Of a DNA stretch of 64,000 nt, positions 23,663-35,917 are shown one piece after another. The position numbers and the translations under genes are program-made. The notes beneath the pieces are model-generated. The model searched no databases and had not been told where the DNA came from. It saw nothing but the letters and a program-made list of their open reading frames with translations. Within the stretch, counting starts at the first letter, position 1. Each line of letters begins with the position of its first letter. This DNA is from Raja brachyura (lineage: Eukaryota): positions 14,012,001 through 14,076,000 of the forward strand of contig OY740809.1 in NCBI GenBank assembly GCA_963514005.1, written 5' to 3'.

Positions 23663-26289
23663 TGTGATGTTTGGTGGACCGTGTGGGGTGGGAGTACCCG
23701 TTGTTCCTCCCGTGCAGCAGGTGGCGCTGCACAGGACAAGGGGAGATTTTTGTACATGGTTACCTGTCTGTACACAGCAAAGATCTTAGAGCCGTAGCTG
23801 ATGGGTAATCTTCAGCGACATTCCCGTAACCGGCTTCTGTCATGGCGGCGTCATCTACAAGCAGAGCGTACTGCCCCGCTATAATTGCAGGGTTCTTCGT
23901 AAATGCAGCAGTTCCACACTTTATTTCGTTTTTTTAAATGTATAAGGGCTCTCACAATAGTAAAAAAGACTGCGGTAATTAAAACTATCGGAATTACTTT
24001 GGAGGCACCTCACTGATTCATCTCCTATACATTGGACGACGAGACAAAAAACCTGCTTGTAATTAACACGCACAAGAGAATGTTCAGATACAACTGATTG
24101 TCATTTGGGCCGGGTACTGGCGCTGGCCATCACTGTTTGACAATCTGGTTGCCGGGATTCCGCATGTAGCCGCCTACCTGGATGATATTGTCGCCGGCCG
24201 GACAGAGGAAGAACACCTGCAGAACCTAAAACAGGTCCTCACGGCACTGAAAAACTACGGCATGAAGTTGCGCATGGGCAAGTGCGCATTCTTCCGACAA
24301 CAGGTCACCTATCTCGGACATGTGATCTCGGCAAGTGGTCTGAAGCCATTGGGAGAAAGAGTGCACGCCATTAAGAAATTGCCAACGGCCAAAAATGTAA
24401 AGCAGTTTGAAAGCTTAATTGGCAAGGTGAACTACTAAGGCAAGTTCATACCGGCACTTTCGACTTTGTGTGCACCATTGAACAAACTGTGACAACAGGA
24501 CGTCGAATGGCACTGGTCCAAAGAGTGTGACCGTGCATTCACCAGGTTGAAGGAGATGCTCGCCCAGAAGAAGCATTTGGTCGACTATGACCCATATGGT
24601 CTTGGAGCTATAATCTCACAAACGGCGCCGAACGGCATGGAAGAACCAATTGCATTCACATCAAAAATGCTGACGACCGCCGAGAAAAACTACAGTCAAA
24701 TGGAGAAACAAGCACTGGCGATCGTGTTTGGTGTCCGGAAGTTCCAGCAATATTTGAGTGGGCGACATCTCCTGCTCATCACCGACCACAAGCCGCTGCT
24801 GACTATTTTCAGTTTGGAGAAAAGTTTGCCTGTCATGACGTTGTAGCATCTACAATGTTGGGCCCTGATCATGATGGGATATGATTACCATATCATTTAC
24901 CAACAGTCTGCCGACCATGCCAATGCCGATGCAATCACAAATTCTGAAAATCTTGCACAAGACACAGATTGGAATTGTGCAAATGAAGGCGCTCGCCCGC
25001 ATGCATGTGTGGTTGCCGAATATATAGACCGATATAGCCAACCACTGCAAGGATTGCACACCATGTGCCGAAACAGCACCGAATCCACCGGAAAAGACCT
25101 CCGCATGGCCCGTCCCCGATCAACCATGGCAGCAAATCCACATAGATTTTGCCGGACCGTTCCTGGTGGACATGTGCTGATCGTCATGGACGCCCATTCG
25201 AAATGTCCACATGTTATCCAAATGAATAAATATCCGACCACCGAAACAACCACTTTTGCGCCCAACGATTTGTTCGCCATTTGGGGATTTCCCTTAACAA
25301 TCGTAGGCAACAATGGACCCCAATTTGCCTCGCAAATGTTCGGTGACTGGTGCAAACATCACTCAATCGTGCATCTGACATCAGCACTTTTGCATCCACC
25401 CTCAAATGGTGAAGCAGAGCGGCTCGTTGGCGTTTTCAAGCTGGCCATGAAACGTGCTGTAGGAATTGAAAAGAAATCGAAACAATTGGCATTGCGTGAT
25501 TTCTTACAGCAATATCGTACCGTTCCAAACTGCACTACCGCTCGAACTCTAGCGGAGATGATGCTCGGATGTCAAGTGCATTCTCCCCTATCAGTTTTGA
25601 ACCCGACCCATAACTTTTATACGGTGAGCACTCAGCCAGCGAAATCGACCAAGTCCAAATTCGACATTGGCGACCACGTATATTACCGCAATTACATGGC
25701 CAAGCAAAGCAAATTGTGCTCTGGCAGGATCATGGCTCACATTGGAACCAAAATGTACACCGTCCAAGGATGAGAAGGACAATGCCGACGGCATACAAGC
25801 AGTCGGGCACCCCGGTACCGAATCGTATGGATACTGGAGTTCCTGACTTGCCCCTCCCCTGGCTTGACGAAGTTCCACCAGAGGAACTCCCCGCCGATCT
25901 GCCTGTGGTCCTTCGTCGATCGACATGTTGCAATTGTGGTATTCCCCCAAGGCGACTCATTCAGGAATAGAGACGCTCAAACTGGAAAGAGGGAGTGTGA
26001 AGAGTGAGGGAAAGAGGCTAACTCCTTTAGCCTCCCTAAAGATTATAAGCATTTATATTGGTGGATCTTGAGGGGTGGGAGGACCTGTTGTTCCTCCCGT
26101 GCAGCAGGTGGCGATGTTTTTGTACATAGTTACCTCTGTCTGTGCACAGTGTGTGAGTGTGCAGTCAGATCGTGTGGTTGCAGCCATTTTTAGTTGTCTT
26201 GCTGCCAGCATTGAGTTAATGTAATAAAGACTTCTGGTGTACCTTGAAGACTCTCAAGTTCTATATAGACATAGAACAAGAACACGAAA
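23663..26289 (+). mobile_element. Gypsy/Ty3 LTR retrotransposon, internally deleted (gag and protease lost)
   Basis: GATTA TSD (23658-23662, 26290-26294). Partial 5' LTR (23663-~23778) resembles the 3' LTR (~25996-26289), which follows a purine tract. RT AYLDD, RNase H AEKNYSQMEK..TDHKPL and integrase NGPQF..SNGEAER. Confidence 0.92.
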
Positions 26290-26823
26290 GATTAAAAGTA
26301 ACATTACCAAATTTGCAAATGACACAAAGCTGGGTGGCAGTGTGAACTGTGAGGAGGATGCTATGAGGATGCAGGGTGACTTGGACCGGTTGGGTGAGTG
26401 GGCAGATAAATGGCAGATGCAGTTTAATGTGGATAAATATGAGGTTATGCACTTTGGTGGCAAAAACAGGAAGGCAGATTATTATCTGAATGGTGTCAAA
26501 TTGGGAAAAGGGGAAGTACAATGAGATCTGAGAGCCCTTGTGCATCAGTCATTGAAAGTAAGCATGCAGGTACAACAGGCAGTGAAGAAAGTGAATGGTA
26601 TGTTGGCCTTCATAACAAGAGGAGTTGAGTATAGGAGCAACGAGGTCCTTCTGCTGTTGTACAGGGCCCGAGTGAGACCACACCTGGAGTACTGTGTGCA
26701 GTTTTGGTCCCCAAATTTGAGGAAGGACATTCTTGCTATTGAGGGAGTGCAACGTACGTTCACAAGGTTAATTATGGGATGGCGGGACTGTCATATGTTG
26801 ATAGAATGGAGCAGCTGGGCTTA

Positions 26824-27542
26824 TCTATATTACTAAAAGTCTGATCTTGACCGCTTTTGGCTCGCTGTGGTGTGATTTCCGAGAGAACGCTGCCACCTTT
26901 GGCCAGCTCGCTCAGAGCCCCCCTCCGCCTTCCTGGACCGGAGGATTTTTCCCATCGCTGAAAAATCAGAGAGATATTAATGTTTTTTAAAAATTCGTTA
27001 TTCTCTCTGCTGCCCCTGCTGGAGGGATGGGGAGGGACTATAAAACCAGGAAGTGGTGTGCCTCACTCAGTCTCTGCAAGATGGAGGAAGCCAGAGGGTC
27101 ACGTCTCTCTGAGCTCTGAATAGCACTGAACACATGTCTACTCAACTGTGAGTGCCCTTCATGTGGTTCTATAAATGCTTGCAAAAAGTGTCTATTGGTT
27201 CTAAAATGCTTGCAAAAAGTGTCTCTATTGGTTCTAAAATGCTGCCTGGCCAGAGTGACTGAGCTGCCTGGCCAGAGTGACTGAGCTGCCTGGCCAGAGT
27301 GACTGAGCCTGTCTGGCCAGAGTGACTGAGCTGCCAGCCCAAGAATCCATTCAGCCCACAATGTCCATATTAGCCCTCTGGAAACCAGTCCCTTTGACCC
27401 ACAACACACATGCTAGTGCTCCAGAAAGCCCTCCCCCCCCCACTGGTCAGCAATATTGGAATTGGTGGAGAGCTGGAATATTACATTGGGGGACCAACCC
27501 TCCCATGTGAAGCTGGGACCCAACGGGTCCCACTTAGTCTAG
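26824..27542 (+). mobile_element. Non-autonomous Helitron
   Basis: 5' TCTATATTACTAAAA and 3' CTAG, subterminal hairpin TGGGACCC-AAC-GGGTCCCA (27514-27532), inserted between A and T of the CR1 with no TSD. Confidence 0.93.
27242..27336 (+). repeat. 22-bp minisatellite (about 4 copies) inside the Helitron
   Basis: GCTGCCTGGCCAGAGTGACTGA repeated; a ~31-bp unit is also duplicated just upstream. Confidence 0.9.
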
Positions 27543-29007
27543 TATACTCTGAAATTTAGAAGGATGAGAGGGGATCTTGTTGAAACATATAAGATTATTA
27601 GGGATTTGGACACGCTAGAGGCAGGAAACATGTTCCCAATGTTGGGGGAGTCCAGAACCAGGGGCCACAGTTTAAGAATAAGGGGTAAGCCAGTTTTCGT
27701 TCTCAAAAAATATTTCCTGATATATCCATTTTGAGAGTTAATATATTCTCCTCAACATTTATTTGCAACTTAAACAACAATATAGTAAAAATGGGACAAA
27801 TGTAACAAAGAGAAATGCTGACCATAACCGCTGAATTTGTTTCGAGAATACTTTGGAATGAAAAATAAATCTCTTGGATAATGAGGGACCAGTTGGAGAT
27901 GAATACCACAGTCTGTGATGTTACACAGGATTCTGTATTTTAATATATTGTTGGCTGTAGGGCCAGGCAGACCTTTTGAAGATTTCTCTGAACATATCAA
28001 TCTGACAGTCCTGGTACTACATTGCATTTTCGACAACTGGAACATGGTTAGATTGATTTACCACTGCCTGAGTGAAATTCTAATCACCTGACCAAGCAAA
28101 AGCTTTGTGTATCTTTGATACAGTGGTTAGAAATTTAAATATTCAAAGGAAGTGAAAGAGATATGATTTAGAATATTTAAATTGAGACCTAATTGGTTTA
28201 ACAGATGTCACCAAGTCCAAAAGGTTCTAAGTACCATGGACTGAAATATCTGATTGAGAACATTGCATAGAATTATTCTTGTTTGCATTGCCAAAGTTAT
28301 GTTGAATCAGATTGCTCCTCCTTCAAGGACTCCCTTGTTTCAACCCCAATTACACCACAAATATAATGCAATGTAGAAATCACACCCCTGAAACATACGA
28401 TTCCTCGATAAAACATATTAAACCAGAGTTCACTCAGTACTCCGGAAGGCATCCTGGGGAATAGGAAAATTCCTCTTACAAACCACTTAATATGATGACA
28501 TTTCTGATTTTGTAGTTTGCTCAGATTATCTGGTAAACTTTTAATAAGTATATCCTGAATTTTTATTCTATCTTCAGTACCTGTGCTGTTATTTTGCAAA
28601 TGTAAGTACACTCTCCTTGAGATTGGGCTCTGTGGTGGAGAGTGAGGAGGTAAACTGTAGACTGCAGAAAGATACTGTATCAGAACAGACAGTGGAGATG
28701 GGATTTAAACTGAAGAAGTTTGAGTTAATACATTTCAGCAGAGTAGATAAGATATAACGATGCAGAGTAAATGGCAGATAAGAGGGTGTTGAGAAACAGA
28801 AGAAAATTTGCCGTTTGCATCCACACATTACTGATTTTAATTTGCAATAGTAGATCGATAAGGTGAGTAAGCAGATGCATTGGAAACCTTTCTTCATTGG
28901 TTTAAGTATAGACATGAAAGTAGAAAAATCATATTGTACAAAACATTAGTTAAGCAACAAAGAGAACTCCATACACTCAGTGTTCACAATTCATTCACAA
29001 CTCACAA

Positions 29008-29089
29008 TTCACGGATTTGTGAAAAGCAAATCAGTAGATAACAAGGGTGTCCTTGTTATTTACTGATTTGCTTTTCACAAATCTGTGAA
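29008..29089. repeat. Near-perfect 39-bp inverted repeat with a 4-nt loop
   Basis: Arms 29008-29046 and 29051-29089 with two mismatches. Confidence 0.95.
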
Positions 29090-30299
29090 CTTACAAGGTT
29101 GGATTCAGATCCCATCTCAAATTGTGTATCTGTATGTACACATTAAACTGCCTGTTTAAATATAGTGATTAGGTTCAGACACTTATGGCAAGTGGATCCC
29201 TGCTGTGCATTGTTCTACAGGAGAGCAATCTTTGTTTACACAGCTCTTCAACTTCAAAACTGATCACTGCACGCAAGTTACAGTGGAAGTTGATTTTTTA
29301 GACAATATTTTTTCCTTTTTGGTATTTGCCATGGCATCTGCCTTTTTTTGCTACCAGCGGGGGATCTGTGACCATACCCTATGCATTTAATGAGAATCGT
29401 AGACAGTAAAGCTCTCCAAGCCAAAGGAAAGATGTGATTAGGAAAATGGGAAAGATTTACAAAGATTTCCTCACTCCAGATAAAACTCCATCTGCCGTTG
29501 TTCCGCCCATTTCACCAACATATTGCTAATTTCACACAAAGATTGGTGAGAGTCTGGAATAAATTTCCTAAGAAGAATCTGAATACAGAAACTGATTATT
29601 TTCAAAAAGAACACAGATGTGACAAAGTTCCGTAACCCACAATGCCATTGACAAAAACTGGGAACTGGGTTTTGTTGCAATAGGTCTTCTCTCGGCTGAA
29701 CTATTTTAGTTTATTCTGCATATGTTTCTGAGCCAGATGTAGACTAGGAGCAGACACTTGCGGGTAAAAATACATCTGACAAGTGGGACACTAGTGGTCT
29801 GTGACCAGTGGAGTTCCTCAGAGATCAGTACTGGGACCTCTCTTTTTTTGCGATATACAGTAACCCTCATTGTGGGGGGGCGGGAGGGGGGAAGGGGGTG
29901 AATGGTGTCAGTTATTACCGATAGTCCATTATAACTGTGTAAGGTATTATCATTGTATGTAGTTGAAACAAAGAACTGCAGATACTGGTTAAAACAGAAA
30001 AGGACACTAAATGCCAGAGTAACAGTGGTCAGGCAGCATCACTGGAGAACATGAACAATTCTTCAGACTGATTCAGTCTTCTGAGTTACTCCAACAGTTT
30101 GTTTTGTTTCAACTTAAAATTAGGTGCTAATGCCACTGTTCTTGACGAGCTGCGGCAGGGTCGGGTGAGAAGGCAGTTCTTGTGGCTCACATTGGAATCC
30201 CTGTGTACAACACTTTCATCAGACGGGTGCCAATGACAAGACACTGTTGGTCTCTGTGGGGATCTCTCTTATCTCACCAGCTGCCACTTCCAAATTGGA

Positions 30300-30507
30300 C
30301 AAAAAATGCTGGAGAAACTCAGCGGGTGAGGCCGCATCTATGGAGGGAAGCAATAGGCGACGTTGCAGGTCGAGTCTGAAGAAGGGTCTCGACCCAATAC
30401 ATCGTCTGTTCCTTCTCTCCATAGATGCTGCCTCACCCGTTAAGTTTCTCCAGCATTTTTTTGTCTACCTTCGATTTTTCCAGCATCTGCAGTTCTTTTT
30501 TAAACAT
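30300..30507. mobile_element. Miniature inverted PLE-derived insertion
   Basis: A minus-strand then a plus-strand copy of the PLE terminal repeat, flanked by TTCCAAATTGGA (30288-30299, 30508-30519). Confidence 0.85.
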
Positions 30508-31079
30508 TTCCAAATTGGAGTTTGTTGGCATCCTGTGGTTGTGGGGGGAGGCCGAGTGGTCAGAGCGATAGAAGGGGGAGGAGACGGTGATGGGGAGGGG
30601 GCCGTCGAGTGCACAGTGACATGAGGAGGAGAAGGCGGGTGGAGGTGGGGGGGGGGGGGGGGAATGGGTGGGAGTAGAGGCCGAGTGGCAGGAGATGGAG
30701 GAGGAGGAGGTGGCAGTGGAACAGTGGACCAGGGAACGGTAAAAGCAACAACAGGGAGGAAGAAGGAATAGCTAATGGGAGGGGACGGAGCATGAAGGTG
30801 ACGGAGGGCATTATGTCGGTGACGGAGGCGCGAAGAAAGCGGTGGCCGCAGGGATTACAACATGAGCCGCAACAACAACAACATCAACCAGTCTGTGTGC
30901 TTGGTGTAGAAAGGCTGGCTGGTGCACCTTGTGAATCGGGGGTGACAACGGCAGGTCTATCCTCTATAACCAAAATCCATTAAAAAGGGCATTGGAAGGA
31001 ACTGCAGATGCTGGTTTACACCGAATATAGCATTTTGTGCCCATTGTAAAAGGGTTTGTTAAAATAAATTAATGACTTT

Positions 31080-31850
31080 GACAGAAAAATGTATTGGTAA
31101 GTTTGCTTTGTAAGTTTGTAGATAACATCAATATTATTGGGGTCACAGTCTATAAAAAAGTGTGTCAAGTTATAAAGCGGGATATAGATCAGCTACAGAA
31201 ATGGGCAGAGATACGTCAGATTGAGTAGAATTCGAGCAAATGTGAGGTGTCTCACTTCGGGAAGTCAAATGTAAGGGGAAAATATGCAAATAATGGCATT
31301 GTGATCTGTCCATAACTCCCTATAAGTGGCAACACAATTAGAGTTGTTGTGAAGGCATATGGTATGTTTGCTTTGATAGGTCATGGTATTGAGTATGAGA
31401 CTCGTCACGAAACAGCTTTATAGGACTTTGATTTGGTGGTATTTGGTGAATTGTTTACAGTTCTGGTCAGTCCCATTACTGGAAGCACTTGGAAGCTTTG
31501 GAAAGGATGCAGAGGAGGTTTGCCAGAATTATGCCTGGATTAGGGGGAATTATCTAGAGGATTGGACAGACTAGGATTGTTTGCTCTAGAATGCCGGAGG
31601 TTGTGGGGAAACATATAGAACTATATAAAATTCTGAGAAGCTTAGATAGGGTAGACAGTCAGAATCTTTTTCCCAGGTTGGAAAAAATATATCCTGGAGG
31701 GCATAGGTTTAAGGTGAGAGGGATGAAGTTTTGAGGGGATATGTGGATTAACGTTTTTGAACATGAGGTGGATTGAATGCCTGAAACACATTGCCAGAGG
31801 CAGATACAATAGTGGCATTTATGAGACTTTTGGATAGGCATATGGATATA
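31080..31850 (+). mobile_element. Old CR1 3' fragment
   Basis: Degenerate KFADD region, LYRTLI..YLVNCLQFWS and similarity to the CR1 tail. Confidence 0.7.
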
Positions 31851-32054
31851 CATAGAACAGTACAGCACAGGATCAGGACCACAATATGTGCTGAACTTGA
31901 TGCCAAGTTAAACTGATCTTATCTGCCAGTACATGATTCATATCGCTCTATTCCCTGCACTTCCATGTGCCTGTCCTAAAACCTCTTAAACGCTATGATC
32001 ATATATGCCTCCACCAACACTGATGCCAGTGACTTTGAGGCCCCCAACACTTGG

Positions 32055-32374
32055 GGCGGCACAGTGACACAGCGATAGAGTTGCTGCCTTACTGCGCTAG
32101 AGACCTGGGTTTGATCTGGATTACAGGTGATATATGCAAGGAGTTTGTATGATCTCCCTGTAGCTACGTATGTGGTGCTCTGATTTCCTCCCACATCCCA
32201 AAGAATATGACGGTTTGTAGGTTAATTGGCTTCTGTAAATTGCCCCTAGAGTGTCGGATGCAAAACTGGGATAACATAGAACTAGTGTACGGGTGAACGA
32301 TGGTCGGGACGGACACAGTGGACCAAAGGTCTTGTTTCCACACGGTGTCGCTGAAATAAAAACTAAACTAAACT
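32055..32374 (+). mobile_element. tRNA-derived V-SINE (HE1-like)
   Basis: A-box/B-box-like head, V-domain GAGTTTGTATG..TTTCCTCCCACA, CR1-like tail and (CTAAA)n end. Confidence 0.8.
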
Positions 32375-33546
32375 TGCCCTGCACACCTCCATTCAACTTT
32401 GCCCCCTTACCTTGTAGCTATGCCCTCCAGTGTTGCACATTTCCAACCTGGAAAAAAGGTTCTGACTGTCTACCCTATGTATGCCTCTTATAATTTTACA
32501 TACTTCTATCAACTCTCCCCCCAATCTCTGAAGTTCCAGAGAAAACAATCCAAGTCTCTTCAACCTTTCCCTATAGGTGAAACCCTCTAATCCAGGCAGC
32601 AGTCTGGTAAACCGCTTTGCACCCATTCCAAAGCCTGCACATTTTTCCTGCAATTGGGCGACCAGAATTGCGCCCAACACTTCAAATGCAGCCTAACCAA
32701 TGTCCTACATTGTGACCTGCTGACTTATATTGCCCCTAGCAATGAAAGCAAACATATCATACACCTCCTTAACTGCCGTAATTACTTGCTATGCCACCTT
32801 CAGTCAGCTATCAGCTTGGACACTAAGATCTCTCTGCACATCAATGATGTTCAGGGGCTTGCCATTAACTGAATGTTCTCTCCTTACATTCCAACTGCCA
32901 AAGTGTAACACATCACACTTGCTCAGGTTAAACTCCATCTACCATTTATCTGCCCATTTCTGCAGCTAGTCATAGCAAATCCTGTTGTATCTTCTGACAG
33001 CATTGCTCACTGGCTGCAACACCTCCAATTTTGGTGTAGTGAGCAAACATACTCACCAAGATCAACCCATCTGCATTCAGCTGCATCTATGGAGCGAAGG
33101 AAATAGGCAACGTTTCCGGCCGAAACCCAGAAAATCTTCAGCGAAATCTGCATTTATGTCTAGGCCAATTATAAATGTCATAAAGAAGAGTCCCAGTACA
33201 GGGAATGGAGGGATATGAGGTAGATAGGAGATGATCTTGGCAACATGTGTGGCACAGATATTGTGGATTAAAGGGCCTGTTCTTGTGAGGTACTGTTCCA
33301 CAGTATGTTTTATGAGGAATGTAGAGGAAGCAGGAGAGTATTTGGAGGGCAAAAGAGGCCACAAAATATCCTCATCAGGTTAGATACGGATAATCCCACA
33401 GCATTCTATATGTACATTAGATGTGAGAGGGAAGCTGGAGAAAGTGTGGGTCTCCTTAGAGACACATACATGACGATGATACAAAAGTGGGTGGTTTTGC
33501 AGATAGTGAAGGTAGTTGTGAAAGATTACAGCAGGATCTGGATTGG

Positions 33547-35079
33547 ACTTAAGTCTTGTGCTACGCAGCTAGCTCTGGTGCTCACTACAATATTCAACCT
33601 GTCCCTGGCCAAGTACGTGGTCCCTGCCTGCTTTAAAAGATCCATCATTGTACCAGTACCTAAAAATGCCTCCCCAGCCTCCCCAGAATGACTACCATCT
33701 GGTGGCCCTCACCTCGGTAGTGATGAAATGCTTTGAGAGGCTGGTGAAGAAACACTTCTGCGCCTTCCTCCCTTGCAACATGGACCCGTTACAATTTGCA
33801 TACCGTCTGAACAGACCCACGAACGATGCGGTCTCCCAGGTTCTGCACACCGCTCTCTCTCATCTTGGCAGCCAGAAGGGGGGCTACGTGAGGATGCTGT
33901 TCATAGACTTCCGTTCAGCCTTCAACACGATAGTCCCCACCAGACTGGCCGAGAAGCTACTGAAATTGGGGCTCAACACCCCACTGTGTGCCTAGGTCCT
34001 GGACTTTCTCACCGCCAGGCCCCAGGTAGTCAAGATGGGGGGAAATACATCGAGGTCCCTCACCCTAAGCACAGGATCCCCCCAGGGTTGAGTCCTCAGC
34101 CCCCTACTGTACTCCCTGTACACACATGACTGTGTGGCTAGTTTCAGCTCCAATTCGATAATCAAGTTTGCTGATGACACTGTGGGGGTGGGCCTGATCT
34201 CAGACAACGATGAGAAGGCCTACTGGGAGGAGGTGGCTGATCTGGCACTCTGGTGTCAGGACAACAGCCTCCTCTTGAATATCAAAAAAACTAAGGAGCT
34301 GATCGTGGACTTTAGGAGGGCACATCATCCGAGGACGTACACACCATTGAAGATAAATGGGGATGCTGTGGATAGGGTGAGCTGTTTTAAATACCTGGGA
34401 GTCCACATCTCTGAGGATATGACATGGACATCACACGCTGCAGCACTCGTGAGTAAGGCAAGGCAGCATTTTTACCACCTTAGGCAATTGAGGACATTCA
34501 GAGTGTCTCTGAGGATCCTCCAGTGCTTCTACTCAGTGGCTGTGGAAAGCATCTTGTCCAGAAATATCACGATTTGGTTTGGGAACTGCTCTGCCCAGGA
34601 CAAGAAGGCTCTGCAGAGAGTAGTGCGTTCAGCCGAACGCACTATGGGGACTATGGGACACCCCTCTGCAGGAGCTATACATCAGAAGGTGCAACTCCAG
34701 AGCCAATAAGATCATGGGAGACCCCTTCCACCCGTGCAATGGACTGTTCCAGCTACTACAGTCAGGCAAACGCCTCCGTTGCCGTGCTGTGAGAACGGAG
34801 AGGATGAGAAGGAGTTTCTTCCCAGAGGCCATTCGGCCTGTAAATTCCTATCTCACCAGGGACTAACTTTACTCTACCATTCTATTGTTTGTTTTTAAAT
34901 TGCTGTTTATTTCCTTTTTCTTTCCTCCCACAATATGTAATATGTGGATACGTGATTCTGTTCCATTCTGTTTGTAGTTTGTTTGTTTGTTTGTTTTTTG
35001 CACAAAGTCCGTGAGCATTGCCACTTTTCATTTCACTGCACATCTCGTATGTGTATGTGACGAATAAACTTGACTTGAT
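33547..35079 (+). mobile_element. Rex1/Babar LINE, 5'-truncated, inserted in a CR1 fragment
   Basis: [47 protein letters not shown] and FKYLGV; ends AATAAA(CTTGA)n. Confidence 0.93.
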
Positions 35080-35917
35080 TAGCCTGTGGGCTGAGGAATG
35101 GTTGATGGAATTTAATACAGAGAAGTGTGTGGTGTTGCATTTTGGGACATCTAACCAGAGCAGGACCCACACAGTAAATGGTAGGCTTCTGGGGGGTGTT
35201 GTAGAGCCGAGGGATCTAGTAGTGTGGGTGCATTGTTCCTTGATGGTCGAGTCACAGGTAGATAATGTGGTCAAAAAGGCTTTTAGCACATTGGCCTTAA
35301 TCAGTCAGAGTATTGAGTATATAAGTTGGGAGGTCATGTTGCAGTTGTATAAGACTTTGCGGAGACCGCATTTAGAATATTGTGTTGGGTTTTGGGCACA
35401 ATATTGTAGGAAATATATTGTCAAGCTTAAAACGGTTCAGAAACGATTTATGAGGATGTTCCCAGGACTAGAGTGTGTGAGGTTTAGGGAGAGGTTGATT
35501 AGGCTGGGTCTCTATTCCTTGGAGCAGGAGGGTGAGGGGAGATCTTGTAGAGGTGTATAAAATCATGAGAGGAATAGATTGGGTAGATGCACAGAGTCTC
35601 TTGCCCATAGTAGAGGAATCGAGGACCAGAGGACATAGGTTCAAGATGAAGGGGAAAAGATTTAATAGGAATTTGAGTGGTAATTTTTTCACACAAAGGT
35701 TGGTGGATGTATGGAACAAACTGCCAGTAGTTGAGGCTGGAACTATCGCAACGTTTAAGAAACAGTTATTCAGGTACATGGATAGGACAGGTTTGGAGGG
35801 ATAAGGATGAAGAGCAGGCAGGTGTGACCAGTGTAGCTGGGACATGTTGGCCGGTGTGGGCAAGTTGGGCTGAAGGGCCTGTTTCCACACTGTGTCACTC
35901 TGTGACTCCGTGACTCT
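35080..35917 (+). mobile_element. CR1 LINE 3' part (continues 33300-33546)
   Basis: WLMEFNTEKCVVLHFG, RPHLEYC, RGDLVEVYK and (GTGACTCT)-type tail. Confidence 0.9.

Larger units (their letters stand above)
21350..27692 (+). mobile_element. Long CR1 LINE (ORF1 esterase end, APE endonuclease, RT), inactivated and interrupted by a Gypsy and a Helitron
   Basis: ORF1 FRFIDHWDLFWG..YKRDGLHLN (SGNH esterase). EN motifs LYMNVQSIRNK, GITETW, GGGVAL and YRPP. RT motifs QHGF, LDFQKAF and GVPQG, resuming at 26290 with KFAND. Many stop codons; the 3' tail is missing. Confidence 0.95.

Noticed and set aside
29855-31060. Possible Tc1/pogo-like MITE starting TA-CAGTAACCCTC
   Set aside because: The right TIR and TSD could not be matched with confidence, and the region is too degenerate and interrupted.
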